The position numbers were made by a program, and so were the translations under genes. This document shows, one piece after another, positions 35,024-44,587 of a stretch of DNA of 64,000 nucleotides (within the stretch, counting starts at the first letter, position 1; each line of letters starts with the position of its first letter). Under the pieces are notes generated by a model. It saw only the letters and a program-made list of their open reading frames with translations, was not told the DNA's origin and did not search any database. Origin of the DNA: Candidatus Falkowbacteria bacterium RIFOXYA2_FULL_47_19 (GTDB lineage: Bacteria > Patescibacteriota > Patescibacteriia > Patescibacteriales > UBA12075); the NCBI GenBank assembly GCA_001780275.1, contig MFGB01000020.1, forward strand, positions 168,813-232,812. The letters are read 5' to 3'.

Positions 35024-36544
35024 ATGAGCTCGAAAGTATTATCGGCGGCAGTTATCGGCCTTGAAGCCGAAATCGTCGAGGTCGAAGCCGACCGTGGCGG
35101 CGGCGAGCACGGCATTTTTTCTATCGTCGGACTGCCCGACGCGGCCGTAAGCGAATCGCGCGAACGGGTCCGGAGCGCGATCAAGAATTCCCACTCCCGC
35201 CTCAACAGCAATAAAATAACCGTCAACCTGGCTCCCGCCGATCTAAAAAAACACGGTCCGAGCTATGACCTGCCCATCGCCATCTCCGTCCTGATCGCCA
35301 CCGGGAAGCTTCACGTAAAAGACGATCACTCCGCCATGCTTTTTGTCGGCGAGCTGGCCCTAAACGGGGATCTTAGGCCGGTTAACGGCATCCTGCCGGT
35401 CGCGCTTAGGGCGGCGAAGAGCGGTATAAAGACCCTTTTCGTTCCGGCCGCCAACGCCCGGGAAGCGAAGCTGGTGGGAGACATAGAAGTGATGCCGGTA
35501 AACGACCTTAATCAGGTCGTGCGCCACCTTGAAGGGGAAAAAGCGATAGAGCCGATGCCCGGAAGCGACTTTGATTTCGTCAATAGCGAAATTATTTTCG
35601 ATATGTCCCACATACGCGGCCAAGAACACGTTAAGCGCGCCATGGAAATAGCGGCGGCCGGGGCGCATAACATGATGATGAGCGGCCCTCCGGGGTCCGG
35701 CAAAACCCTGATCGCCCGCACTATGCCAGGGATTCTTCCTAATTTAACTTTGCCGGAAGCCCTGGAAATCACCAAGATCTATTCGGTGGCCGGTTATCTG
35801 CCCGCCGGAGCGTCCCTGGTCACTAGCCGGCCTTTCCGCTCGCCGCACCACACCGCCTCGGGTGTGGCTTTGGTCGGAGGCGGCGCCTGGCCCCGGCCCG
35901 GAGAGATTTCCCTGGCGCATCGCGGCGTTCTTTTTCTCGACGAATTTTCCGAATTTCCGCGGCCGGTTTTAGAAAACCTGCGCCAGCCGCTTGAAGACGG
36001 CGTGATCCACGTCAGCCGGGCGGCCGGCAATCTTAGTTTTCCGGCGAAATTCATCCTGGTGTCCGCCATGAACCCCTGCCCTTGCGGTTATCTCGGCGAC
36101 CGGGAAAAGAATTGCGTTTGCTCGCCTATGCAGGTAATGAACTATAAAAAAAAGATCTCCGGACCGATCATCGACCGGATCGACATCCACATCGAGGTTC
36201 CCCGGGTAAAGTTCGACAAATTAGCGGCGGCAAGCAGCGGCGAAAGATCGGAGGGCATAAAAAAGAGGGTCGAAGCCGCCAGACGGATCCAGGAATCGCG
36301 ATTCAAGGGCACGTCTTTTATCGCCAACTCGGAAATGACCTCCGAGGCTGTCAAAAATTTTTGCCCTTTGGACGATATCTCGAAAACGCTTTTAAAAAAC
36401 GCGGTTGAATCCATGCACCTGTCGGCCCGGGCCTATTTCCGGATATTAAAACTCGCCCGCACGATCGCTGATCTTTCTATAAGTGAAAAAGTCCATTCAG
36501 AGCATGTGGCTGAAGCTTTGCAGTACAGGCCGAAGGAGATCTAG
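35024..36544 (+). CDS. comM: Mg-chelatase-like AAA+ protein ComM/YifB
   Basis: N-terminal Lon-protease-like region (GLPD.AV.ESRERV), Walker A GPPGSGKT, LFLDEF, C-terminal ChlI-associated region. Confidence 0.92.
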   Translation: MSSKVLSAAVIGLEAEIVEVEADRGGGEHGIFSIVGLPDAAVSESRERVRSAIKNSHSRLNSNKITVNLAPADLKKHGPSYDLPIAISVLIATGKLHVKDDHSAMLFVGELALNGDLRPVNGILPVALRAAKSGIKTLFVPAANAREAKLVGDIEVMPVNDLNQVVRHLEGEKAIEPMPGSDFDFVNSEIIFDMSHIRGQEHVKRAMEIAAAGAHNMMMSGPPGSGKTLIARTMPGILPNLTLPEALEITKIYSVAGYLPAGASLVTSRPFRSPHHTASGVALVGGGAWPRPGEISLAHRGVLFLDEFSEFPRPVLENLRQPLEDGVIHVSRAAGNLSFPAKFILVSAMNPCPCGYLGDREKNCVCSPMQVMNYKKKISGPIIDRIDIHIEVPRVKFDKLAAASSGERSEGIKKRVEAARRIQESRFKGTSFIANSEMTSEAVKNFCPLDDISKTLLKNAVESMHLSARAYFRILKLARTIADLSISEKVHSEHVAEALQYRPKEI

Positions 36545-36689
36545 ATATTTACTCTCTATCCGTAGAAATCCAGGTAGTAAAAAGTATAGAAAGCCCAAAA
36601 TTCAGGCACTGTTTCGGTCAGTTAATATAAATATCAATTTTGTGTCGAAGGTGCAAGCTTCCGGATTTCTTTAAATTACTTGGGCGATA

Positions 36690-36719
36690 TTGTCTCCCGT
36701 GTTCATTTTATGCTATAAT
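36690..36719 (+). promoter_or_regulatory. promoter TTGTCT-18-(TG)cTATAAT
   Basis: Extended -10 TGCTATAAT at 36711-36719. Confidence 0.55.
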
Positions 36720-36772
36720 ATTGTTGTGGTAAAAGCGCTGAACATTATTTAGCGGTCGAAATTTTTTATCTA

Positions 36773-38197
36773 ATGTTAAATAGAAAAGCTAAATTATCAA
36801 TATTATCCCTGGTTTTGGTTTTTGTCCTTTTTTCCGGCTTCGGCTGCCGTTGTGTTTCCAGGGAGGTTCAGGAAAAAATGCAGCCGATAAAGCTTACCTA
36901 CTGGCGTGTTTGGGACGGGCCGGACGCTTTTGCCGAGATTTTAGACCGCTATAGGGCGCTCCATCCTTTTATTACGATCGAGTATCGTAAATTGCGTTAT
37001 GACGAATTCGAGCAGGCACTGATCGAGGCCTTCGCCGCGGATCGGGGACCAGACATTTTTTCGATACAAAACACCTGGATAAGAAAATACAAGGAAATGG
37101 ACCTTTTGGCTCCGATGCCGGCGAGCATTACCATGGCCTATCCGGTGGTTAAGGGCAGTATAAAAAAAGAGGTGGTCACGGAATTGCGCACCACCCCGAG
37201 CATTTCCTTAAAACAGCTGAAAGCCGATTTTATCGACGTGGTTTATAAGGATGTGGTAATAAACGAGTTTGACGAAAGGGTCGGCGCTTACGTCGAAAAG
37301 GTTTACGGCCTGCCCCTTTTTATCGATACTTTGGCCGTGTATTACAATAACGATCTTTTCAACAACGCCGGCATAACTACGCCCCCGGCCTACTGGAATC
37401 GTGAGTTCCAGCAAGACGTTAAAAAGCTGACCAAACAGGACAATAAAGGGCAGATCATACAGTCGGGTGTAGCCCTGGGCGGCGGGGATAACGTAGACCG
37501 GTCAAGCGATATTTTATCGATCCTGATGATGCAGAACGGTACCGAGATGATAAATGACCGCGGCAGCGTCATGTTCAGCCAGAGACCGGCCGATTTTGAA
37601 AATAAAAACATCATTCCCGGCCTTGACGCTTTAAGATTCTACGTGGATTTCTCCAATCCGGCCAAAGAGGTTTACTGCTGGAATAATAATCTGGGAAATT
37701 CGATGGACATGTTCTTGCAGAATAAATTAGCCATGATGTTCGGTTATGCTTATATGATGCCCCAGATCAGGGCGGACGCGCCGAAGCTTAAATTTTCCGT
37801 GGCGGAGCTGCCGCAGATCGAGGGTAATCCGCAAAACACTAACTTTGCCAACTATTGGGCAGAGGTCGTTTCCAGAAAAAGCAGATATTCGAGCGAAGCC
37901 TGGGACTTTGTCCAATTCATTACCAGGGCAGAGCAGGCGAAATCATACCTGGCTCAGGCAAAAAAGCCTCCGGCGCTGCGGGCATTGGTCGATGAAATGA
38001 AAGAGGATAAGGAAATAGGCGTATTCGTGGGGCAAACTCTGACCGCGGAAAGCTGGTACAGAGGGGTAGACGCGAACGCGGCCGAAGCGATTATGCGGGA
38101 AATGATAGATGACGTGGTTACCGGGAAAAAAACCCTTGAAGACGCCCTGAAATTAGGAGCGCAAAAGGTGCAGCAAACCATAAATAAAAAAGAATAA
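36773..38197 (+). CDS. ABC-transporter extracellular solute-binding lipoprotein (family-1, sugar type); no permease or ATPase adjacent
   Basis: Lipobox LFSGFGC. Length and pattern are typical of SBP_bac_1. No ABC membrane or ATPase genes occur in the window. Confidence 0.75.
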   Translation: MLNRKAKLSILSLVLVFVLFSGFGCRCVSREVQEKMQPIKLTYWRVWDGPDAFAEILDRYRALHPFITIEYRKLRYDEFEQALIEAFAADRGPDIFSIQNTWIRKYKEMDLLAPMPASITMAYPVVKGSIKKEVVTELRTTPSISLKQLKADFIDVVYKDVVINEFDERVGAYVEKVYGLPLFIDTLAVYYNNDLFNNAGITTPPAYWNREFQQDVKKLTKQDNKGQIIQSGVALGGGDNVDRSSDILSILMMQNGTEMINDRGSVMFSQRPADFENKNIIPGLDALRFYVDFSNPAKEVYCWNNNLGNSMDMFLQNKLAMMFGYAYMMPQIRADAPKLKFSVAELPQIEGNPQNTNFANYWAEVVSRKSRYSSEAWDFVQFITRAEQAKSYLAQAKKPPALRALVDEMKEDKEIGVFVGQTLTAESWYRGVDANAAEAIMREMIDDVVTGKKTLEDALKLGAQKVQQTINKKE

Positions 38198-38238
38198 AAT
38201 ATTAAAATCGGATTTTAACGGGTTTAAATACGCTATCC

Positions 38239-38643
38239 ATGAAGAACAAATATATTAAGCGAACGATACTTCCCCTCTTTTTTTTCTCGTTCTTGTTTTT
38301 TTCGGTTTTTGCCGGTGGGGCGGAGGCTAACCTTATGGAGAACATCGCCTGCGCCGGGGACGGAAAATGCACGCCCGATGATTTTTTTCGGCTGGCGGTA
38401 AACGCGGCCAAATGGATATTAGGCATTACCGGCTCTCTGGCTTTGGGCGCTTTCGTCGTAGGCGGCGCCATGTTCCTGGTGTCGAGCGGCAACAGCGATA
38501 CGGTCAATAAGGGCAAACAGGTTTTGATCGGCGCGGTTATCGGGCTCGTCGTGGTTTTTGTAAGCTGGCTTATTGTCCAATTCGTTATGTTCAATATTTT
38601 GGGTTATAGATACGAGGGTACGGACGACTGGTTTAAACTTTAA
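38239..38643 (+). CDS. TrbC/VirB2-like mini-pilin family protein (paralog 2)
   Basis: Signal peptide, then VGGAMFLVSSGNSDTVNKGKQVLIGAVIGLVVVFVSWLIVQF, the same signature as 21050..21367. Confidence 0.6.
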   Translation: MKNKYIKRTILPLFFFSFLFFSVFAGGAEANLMENIACAGDGKCTPDDFFRLAVNAAKWILGITGSLALGAFVVGGAMFLVSSGNSDTVNKGKQVLIGAVIGLVVVFVSWLIVQFVMFNILGYRYEGTDDWFKL

Positions 38644-38652
38644 TGCCTTTTT

Positions 38653-39357
38653 ATGGATAAATTCCAAATTAATACAATTTCCGATAACGTAGAATTAGTC
38701 TCCCGGAGATTAAAAACGTCCCGGAGGGCGCAGAAGCTTGAATTAGCGGACGCGGCCAAAGCCACGAATATCAATATATTATATTTGGACGCTTTAGAGA
38801 ACGGACATTTTGAAAAATTGCCCCAGGGTCTTTACGGTAAAAATTTCCTGAAAGAATATGCGGAGTATCTGGGCGTGGAGGCGGCCGAGCTCATTGATCT
38901 GGCGGCGCCCGAGATCGCGGAATACCGTCCCAAGAACAGTAAATTATTTTCCGAACGGATAACACACCCTTCTAACTTCCTGAGCCTGCCTAAACTTATC
39001 AAGGGTCTTTTTGCGGTCGCGGCGATATCAGTATGCGTAATTTATCTGGGCGGCGAATTCGGGGGAATAATTTCCCCGCCCCGCCTTGAGATAATAAATC
39101 CGGCCGCCAACCTTTTTACCGGCCGCACTTCGGTCGATATTGAAGGGTATACCGAGCCCGAAGCCGAGGTGACCATTAATGATCTGCCGGTGCTTACGGG
39201 ACCGGACGGACATTTTATCCAGAAGGTAAACCTGAAAAGCGGACTTAATACTATTTCGGTAACGGCCCAGAAAAAATACAGCCGGAAAAACAATGTTGTC
39301 AAAAAAATATTGGTTAATAACGAAACATCGCTGACCGCCCCAAAGACAGTTTTTTGA
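38653..39357 (+). CDS. RodZ-like HTH membrane protein
   Basis: N-terminal HTH (LELADAAKATNINILYLDALENGHFEKLPQGLYGKNFLKEYAEYLG), one TM helix, Ig-like C-terminal domain. Confidence 0.7.
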   Translation: MDKFQINTISDNVELVSRRLKTSRRAQKLELADAAKATNINILYLDALENGHFEKLPQGLYGKNFLKEYAEYLGVEAAELIDLAAPEIAEYRPKNSKLFSERITHPSNFLSLPKLIKGLFAVAAISVCVIYLGGEFGGIISPPRLEIINPAANLFTGRTSVDIEGYTEPEAEVTINDLPVLTGPDGHFIQKVNLKSGLNTISVTAQKKYSRKNNVVKKILVNNETSLTAPKTVF

Positions 39358-39449
39358 ATTATAAATGATATAATACATACAGGGAGGCAAGCCTCTTTTT
39401 AATTTTGTTAATTCATATAATTTTATTAATTCATTTTCATCATAAATTT

Positions 39450-40493
39450 ATGTCAGACAACAAAGAAAAAATCAAAAATGAAAAGAAAAGCGCGGACGAT
39501 AAGATCCTGGCAGCGGAAGAGGCCATGGCGCAAATAAAAAGCAAATTCGGGGATGGCGCCATCATGAAATTCGGCGAGGCCAGGCGTTCGAATGTCGATG
39601 CCGTTTCCACCGGCTGTCTTTCCCTTGATATCGCGCTCGGGATCGGCGGCGTGCCCCGCGGTCGGATTATCGAGATCTTCGGCCCCGAAGCCTCCGGCAA
39701 AACAACTTTGGCCCAGCACATAGTGTCCGAAGTGCAAAAGCTTGGCGGGATCGCCGCTTTCGTCGACGCCGAACACGCTCTTGATCCCGATTACGCGGGC
39801 CGAATCGGCGTAAACGTCAAGGATCTCCTTATTTCCCAGCCCGATACCGGCGAGCAGGCCCTCGAGATCGTGGAGACATTGGTGCGTTCCAACGCTGTGG
39901 ACGTGATCGTCATCGATTCGGTGGCCGCTTTGGTGCCGCAAAAAGAGATCGACGGGGACATGGGCGATCAGCACATGGGCCTCCAGGCGCGCCTCATGAG
40001 CCAGGCCCTAAGAAAGCTTACAGGCGTCGTTTCAAAAACCAAGACCGTCGTAATATTCATAAACCAGATCAGGCTTAAAATCGGCGTTTTCTTCGGTAAC
40101 CCGGAAACCACGACCGGCGGCACCGCCCTTAAATTTTATTCTTCCGTCCGGATAGAGGTAAGAAGGAGCGCGCAGATCAAGCAGGGAGATAAGATCATCG
40201 GCAATCGCGTTAAGACGAAGATCGTCAAGAACAAAGTGGCGGCGCCTTTCCGCACTTGCGAATTCGACATAATGTACAACGAAGGGATCTCCGTTTCGGG
40301 CGATCTTCTTGATACCGGAGTAACTTACGGCGTCATCAATAAGTCGGGCAATTCTTACGCCTATGGGGAGATTAAGCTTGGCACCGGCCGGGAAAACGCC
40401 AAAAGATTCCTGCGCGCCGACAAAAAACTGATGAAAGATATCCGTAAATCGATCTTAAATGAAGTCAAAGCCAGAGAAACAGAGGAGAATTAA
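39450..40493 (+). CDS. recA: recombinase RecA
   Basis: [11 protein letters not shown] Walker [21 protein letters not shown]1/L2 loop regions. ATG at 39450 preferred as start. Confidence 0.98.
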   Translation: MSDNKEKIKNEKKSADDKILAAEEAMAQIKSKFGDGAIMKFGEARRSNVDAVSTGCLSLDIALGIGGVPRGRIIEIFGPEASGKTTLAQHIVSEVQKLGGIAAFVDAEHALDPDYAGRIGVNVKDLLISQPDTGEQALEIVETLVRSNAVDVIVIDSVAALVPQKEIDGDMGDQHMGLQARLMSQALRKLTGVVSKTKTVVIFINQIRLKIGVFFGNPETTTGGTALKFYSSVRIEVRRSAQIKQGDKIIGNRVKTKIVKNKVAAPFRTCEFDIMYNEGISVSGDLLDTGVTYGVINKSGNSYAYGEIKLGTGRENAKRFLRADKKLMKDIRKSILNEVKARETEEN

Positions 40494-40537
40494 GGACCCG
40501 CGCTTACGGTTTTACGCTGAAAATTAAAGCTTAAATA

Positions 40538-40576
40538 AAAAAACCGGACATCTGATCGATGCGCCGGTTTTTTTAT
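40538..40576 (+). terminator. probable intrinsic terminator
   Basis: AAACCGG...CCGGTTT stem followed by a T8 run. Confidence 0.5.
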
Positions 40577-40614
40577 TTAAGATATTCGATGGAAAATCGT
40601 CAACCCAAAACTTC

Positions 40615-41172
40615 CTAGGCCCTTTCCACGTATTCTCCGGTTTCAGTATTGATCCTGATAATATCGCCCTCGTTGATAAAAAGAGGCACGTTTATAGTGG
40701 CGCCGGTTTCGAGTTCGACCGCTTTCGTTACGTTGCCCGCGGAATTGCCTTTTACCGCCGGAGGAGCGGAGACGACCCTGAAGTCCATCTTAATGGACAG
40801 GTTGATCGCCACCGGATTGCCGTCGAAATACAGGACTTCGACGTCAGTGCCGTCTTTGAGGTATTGTCTTTTTTCGCCGATCGAATCGAGAGAAAGCGTA
40901 AATTGCTCGTAACTTTCATTGTCCATGAAGTTGGCGTTAGTGTCGTCCGCGTACAGGAAATTAGCTTTTTTCTTTTCCGTATCGGCCTCTTCGGCCTTAT
41001 CGTTACCCTGAAAGGTTTTTTCGAGAACTGCGCCGGTAACCAGATTGCGCAATTTTACCTTAAGGACGGCTCCGCCCCGGCCCATTTTATGATGGTCGGT
41101 TTTGGTTATCACGAAAGGCTCTTTGTTTATCTGGATAACCTTGCCGACTTTTATTTCATTCATGTTTAACAT
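40615..41172 (-). CDS. efp: elongation factor P (Arg at the loop-tip modification position)
   Basis: Aligns along its length with EF-P. The loop HHKMGRGGAVLKVKLRN corresponds to E. coli FVKPGKGQAFARVKLRR, placing Arg32 where Lys34 sits. Confidence 0.95.
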   Translation of the reverse strand: MLNMNEIKVGKVIQINKEPFVITKTDHHKMGRGGAVLKVKLRNLVTGAVLEKTFQGNDKAEEADTEKKKANFLYADDTNANFMDNESYEQFTLSLDSIGEKRQYLKDGTDVEVLYFDGNPVAINLSIKMDFRVVSAPPAVKGNSAGNVTKAVELETGATINVPLFINEGDIIRINTETGEYVERA

Positions 41173-41186
41173 AGAACACGCTAAAG

Positions 41187-41417
41187 TTATTTTTTCACGA
41201 AAGGCAATAAAGCCATTACGCGCGCCCTTTTTATGGCCGTTGCCAGCTTGCGTTGGTGCCAGGAACAGGTTCCGGTTCTATGGCGCGGCAGGATCTTCTT
41301 GTAGATATTTATGAATTTTCGGATAGTATTTATATCTTTATAATCAATATCCGAAACGTTGTTGACGCAAAAATGGCATTCTTTGTCTTTCGTCGTCATT
41401 TGATTTTGGTTGGACAT
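41187..41417 (-). CDS. rpsR: 30S ribosomal protein S18
   Basis: IDYKDINTIRKFI....KILPRHRTGTC..HQRKLATAIKRAR.MALLPF. Confidence 0.93.
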   Translation of the reverse strand: MSNQNQMTTKDKECHFCVNNVSDIDYKDINTIRKFINIYKKILPRHRTGTCSWHQRKLATAIKRARVMALLPFVKK

Positions 41418-41448
41418 AAATTAATGGAATAAATTAAGGATATTATCT

Positions 41449-41940
41449 TTAAAAAGGTATGTTTTCGACCTTGATCTCGTCGTCGGCCTGGCCGTAATCG
41501 GCCGGTTCGTTGACGTCGATTACCGGCTCGGATTTTTCCGACGGCAGCGGCGGCGCTTCGGCGGACCGGAAATTGCCGGTGTTACCGGCGCGATCCAGCA
41601 TGATCATGTTGTCGGCGATGATCTCCGTCCGATAACGCTTTACGCCGTCCTGACCGACCCAGTCCCTGGTCTGCAGGCGCCCCTCGACATAGATCTTGGA
41701 GCCTTTGCGGAGATATTGTCCGCAAATTTCGGCTAATTTCCTCCAAGCTACGATATTATGGAATTCGGCTCTTTCCTGTTTTTGCCCGCTCTGATCTTTC
41801 CATACGAAGTTCGTGGCCACTGAAAACGAAGCGACGGCCGTACCGTTAGGGGTATTCCTGACCTCTGGATCCCGGGTCAGATTGCCGATAATCATGGCTT
41901 TATTTAGATTCATAATTTTTCTTTTTACCGCGTTCGCCAT
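41449..41940 (-). CDS. ssb: single-stranded DNA-binding protein
   Basis: [21 protein letters not shown]-fold start and acidic C-terminal tip [11 protein letters not shown]. Confidence 0.93.
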   Translation of the reverse strand: MANAVKRKIMNLNKAMIIGNLTRDPEVRNTPNGTAVASFSVATNFVWKDQSGQKQERAEFHNIVAWRKLAEICGQYLRKGSKIYVEGRLQTRDWVGQDGVKRYRTEIIADNMIMLDRAGNTGNFRSAEAPPLPSEKSEPVIDVNEPADYGQADDEIKVENIPF

Positions 41941-41999
41941 GAACGAGGAAAAATTAATTATTATTTTCTAATTTTAAGGAAGCGGAAAACCGTAACATC

Positions 42000-42485
42000 C
42001 TATAATAAATCGTCCGTTTCGAGTATTTTATCCAATTTTTCATCCAATTCCAGCATATTGACCCTGGTTTTGGTTTTTTCTTTTTCCAGTTCGTTCTTCT
42101 TTTTTTCGTCCTCTTTGGCCCTGACCGCTCTTTCGCGCGCCCTCTCTTTTTCCTTATTATTGGCCGCTTCTTTTTTTATCTCCTTAACTACTATCTGGTA
42201 GCGTAATATTTCGCTCGTAATGCGAAAAACATGGGAGATCTTCTGCATTTTTTCCCCTGGGGTCGTAAATTCGACCAGGTTATAATACCCGTAATTCTGA
42301 TGTTTGATCGGGTAGGCCAGTTTCTTATTTCCCCATTCTTCGGTCCTTAAGATCTGTCCGCCGTTATCCGTTATGATCTTGTTTACCTTGTCCATTATCG
42401 GTTTTAATTCCTCGGCCGTATAAGTGTTTGACACGATATAAAGCAATTCATATTGGGGTGCTTCCGATTTTTTAGTTTTTGACAT
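42000..42485 (-). CDS. rpsF: 30S ribosomal protein S6 with Lys/Glu-rich C-terminal extension
   Basis: YELLYIVS...EEWG.KKLAYPIK....GYY.LVEF. Conserved rpsF-ssb-rpsR gene order. Confidence 0.9.
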   Translation of the reverse strand: MSKTKKSEAPQYELLYIVSNTYTAEELKPIMDKVNKIITDNGGQILRTEEWGNKKLAYPIKHQNYGYYNLVEFTTPGEKMQKISHVFRITSEILRYQIVVKEIKKEAANNKEKERARERAVRAKEDEKKKNELEKEKTKTRVNMLELDEKLDKILETDDLL

Positions 42486-42610
42486 AATTAGTGGATTAGT
42501 TAATAATCAGGCCTAAATAAAAATCCCTAAGATATTCTCTAATATTAGGGAGTTTTGAGAATACCTTTGGTTGCGTCGAGTGTTGACGCAACCACCCCGC
42601 GCGGGCGGGA
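42486..42610 (-). promoter_or_regulatory. structured rpsF 5' leader with terminator-like hairpin
   Basis: On the minus strand: a 9-bp hairpin GGUUGCGUC-N7-GACGCAACC (42593-42569), then UCCCUAA-N14-UUAGGGA + UUUUU (42551-42519), ending ~35 nt before the start codon. Confidence 0.45.
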
Positions 42611-42699
42611 TACGGAAAAGGCCTTTAAGTTGTTATTATGAGCTTAGCACAAGAATAAAAAAATTGCAAGGCAAGCGTATATTGTGGTAGATTTATGAT

Positions 42700-43236
42700 A
42701 TGGGGAGTATTTTTATGTCCATTATCGTAATTTTTCTGGCCGTTATCCTGGGAACGACCGCGATCGCTTCCGGTTCATTGGCTCCCTGGGTGCCGACCCG
42801 GAGGAAGGATTTGCGGCGGATTTATCGGTTGGCCTCCATAAGATCCGGAGAAATCTTTTATGATCTGGGCGCCGGCGACGGCCGCGTGGCTTTTTATATA
42901 GCCCGCCATTCCGGAGGGCGGGTGGTCGGTATTGAGTTGTCTTTGCTGTTTTATCTTCTGTGCTTCGTAAAAAGAGCGCTGTCAGGCGTAAAAAATCTTA
43001 GTTTCAGATTTAGGGATATATACGGTGAGGATCTGACGGACGCGGACGCAGTCTTCGTTTTTCCGGCCTCCCGTCGCGCTCTTCGGGGGAAGCTTTCGGA
43101 AAAATTAAAGCAGGAGCTAAAACTTGGCGCGCGGGTTATCACCTACGTTTTTCCGATCGAAGGTTGGACGCCGGATGTGGTCGATAAACCGGACGGGCAA
43201 GACGTGGCGATTTATTTATACAAGAAGTGGGGTTGA
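42700..43236 (+). CDS. membrane-anchored class I SAM-dependent methyltransferase
   Basis: N-terminal TM helix; APWVPT...YDLGAGDGRV motif I. Reminiscent of FAM173/ATPSC-KMT-type lysine methyltransferases (tentative). Confidence 0.65.
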   Translation: MGSIFMSIIVIFLAVILGTTAIASGSLAPWVPTRRKDLRRIYRLASIRSGEIFYDLGAGDGRVAFYIARHSGGRVVGIELSLLFYLLCFVKRALSGVKNLSFRFRDIYGEDLTDADAVFVFPASRRALRGKLSEKLKQELKLGARVITYVFPIEGWTPDVVDKPDGQDVAIYLYKKWG

Positions 43237-43283
43237 TTTTTTATAACTGAAATCACACAAATTATAATATAATTTATCGCGTT

Positions 43284-44477
43284 ATGAAATATTTTTTTGT
43301 TTTAGGGAGCAACCCTGCCTTATCCGTTGCCGAGCTGGCGTCGGTTTTCGGATTGGCGGAAAAAGAGGAAATGGCCGTTGGCGCCGGCTACTGCGGCGGC
43401 AAGGTTTTTTTGTTGGAAACGGACGCGAAGATCGATGCCGCCGCGCTAATAAAGAATCTGGGCGGTACAGTCAAGATCGGCGTTATTCACGACGAATCCG
43501 GAGTAAGTACCCGGGAGCTCTTATCTATAATCACGCCGCGCCTCGAGCCCGGAGAGGGCAAATTCAATTTCGGCCTGTCTTTTTACGGATCGAGAAAGAT
43601 GTATTTGAAACCTTTGGGCATGGAAATAAAAAAGTATTTGCGCGAACGCGGTACCGTCTGCCGCTGGGTGGTAAGCCGGGAAACCACCCTGTCGAGCGTG
43701 GTGGTCGAGCAAAATAAGTTGACGACCGGAGGTGCGGAAATAGTATTGTTGCAAAAAGGCGATAAGGTACTTGTTGGCCGAACCCTCTCCGTTCAGCCGT
43801 TCAAAGAATTGTCTTTTCGCGATTATGGCCGGCCGGCGCGGGACGACCGGTCCGGCATGCTTCCTCCGAAGCTGGCGCAGATCATGATCAATCTCGCGCG
43901 CGCGCCGAAAGACGGCGTTATCCTCGATCCCTTTTGCGGTTCCGGCACGATCCTTACGGAGGCCGCGCTCTTGGGTTATAAAAATCTGATCGGAGCGGAC
44001 ATTTCAGATAAAGCGGTCGAGGATACGAAAAAAAATATGGATTGGATAAAAGATAGATTTCAAATTACGGATTACGATTTACGGATCTCGAATACCGATG
44101 CTATCGAGCTGTCGCGAAACGTTAAGTCGCGGTCAGTGGACGCGATCATTACCGAACCTTACCTCGGACCGCAGCGCGGCCCGGTCGATATTGAAACAAC
44201 GAAGAAAGAGCTGACCGAACTCTATTCTAAGGCCTTGTCCGAATTTAAAAAGATCCTTGCGCTCAACGGCCGGATCGTTATGATCTGGCCGGTATTCCAT
44301 GCCGCGAGGAATTCACAATTCATTACCCCGGACATGAAAGGTTTTAAAATATTTAATCCTATTCCGAAGCTTTTGCGCGCCAACGCCGCCGTCGAACTTA
44401 CGGCCCGGGACACGATCATCTACGGCCGCCCCGGCCAAAAGGTTTGGAGGGAGGTCGTTATCTTAGAAGCGTCCTAA
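43284..44477 (+). CDS. putative RNA (guanine-N2) methyltransferase, UPF0020/Trm11-Trm14-like
   Basis: LPPKLAQIMINLA, ILDPFCGSGTILTEAALLG (motif I), AIITEPYLG (motif IV variant). Confidence 0.6.
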   Translation: MKYFFVLGSNPALSVAELASVFGLAEKEEMAVGAGYCGGKVFLLETDAKIDAAALIKNLGGTVKIGVIHDESGVSTRELLSIITPRLEPGEGKFNFGLSFYGSRKMYLKPLGMEIKKYLRERGTVCRWVVSRETTLSSVVVEQNKLTTGGAEIVLLQKGDKVLVGRTLSVQPFKELSFRDYGRPARDDRSGMLPPKLAQIMINLARAPKDGVILDPFCGSGTILTEAALLGYKNLIGADISDKAVEDTKKNMDWIKDRFQITDYDLRISNTDAIELSRNVKSRSVDAIITEPYLGPQRGPVDIETTKKELTELYSKALSEFKKILALNGRIVMIWPVFHAARNSQFITPDMKGFKIFNPIPKLLRANAAVELTARDTIIYGRPGQKVWREVVILEAS

Positions 44478-44539
44478 GGCGATTGATATTTTTGTTGGGC
44501 TTTTAGGGATCGTCTTTTTTATACTTTTTTTATAATTTA

Positions 44540-44572
44540 AAAACCCGAACCCGATCAAAGGTTGGGTTTTTG
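44540..44572. terminator. bidirectional terminator
   Basis: AAAACCC(g)AACC-cgatcaaa-GGTTGGGTTTT stem with a 1-nt bulge; sits between convergent genes. Confidence 0.7.
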
Positions 44573-44587
44573 TATGTAACTTGTTTT

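Noticed and set aside
36567-36672. Imperfect inverted repeat AGAAATCC(A)GG ... CCGGATTTCT enclosing ~90 nt after comM
   Set aside because: The stem is short and bulged, there is no U-tract, and no supporting promoter was found. Chance in a 228-nt spacer cannot be excluded.
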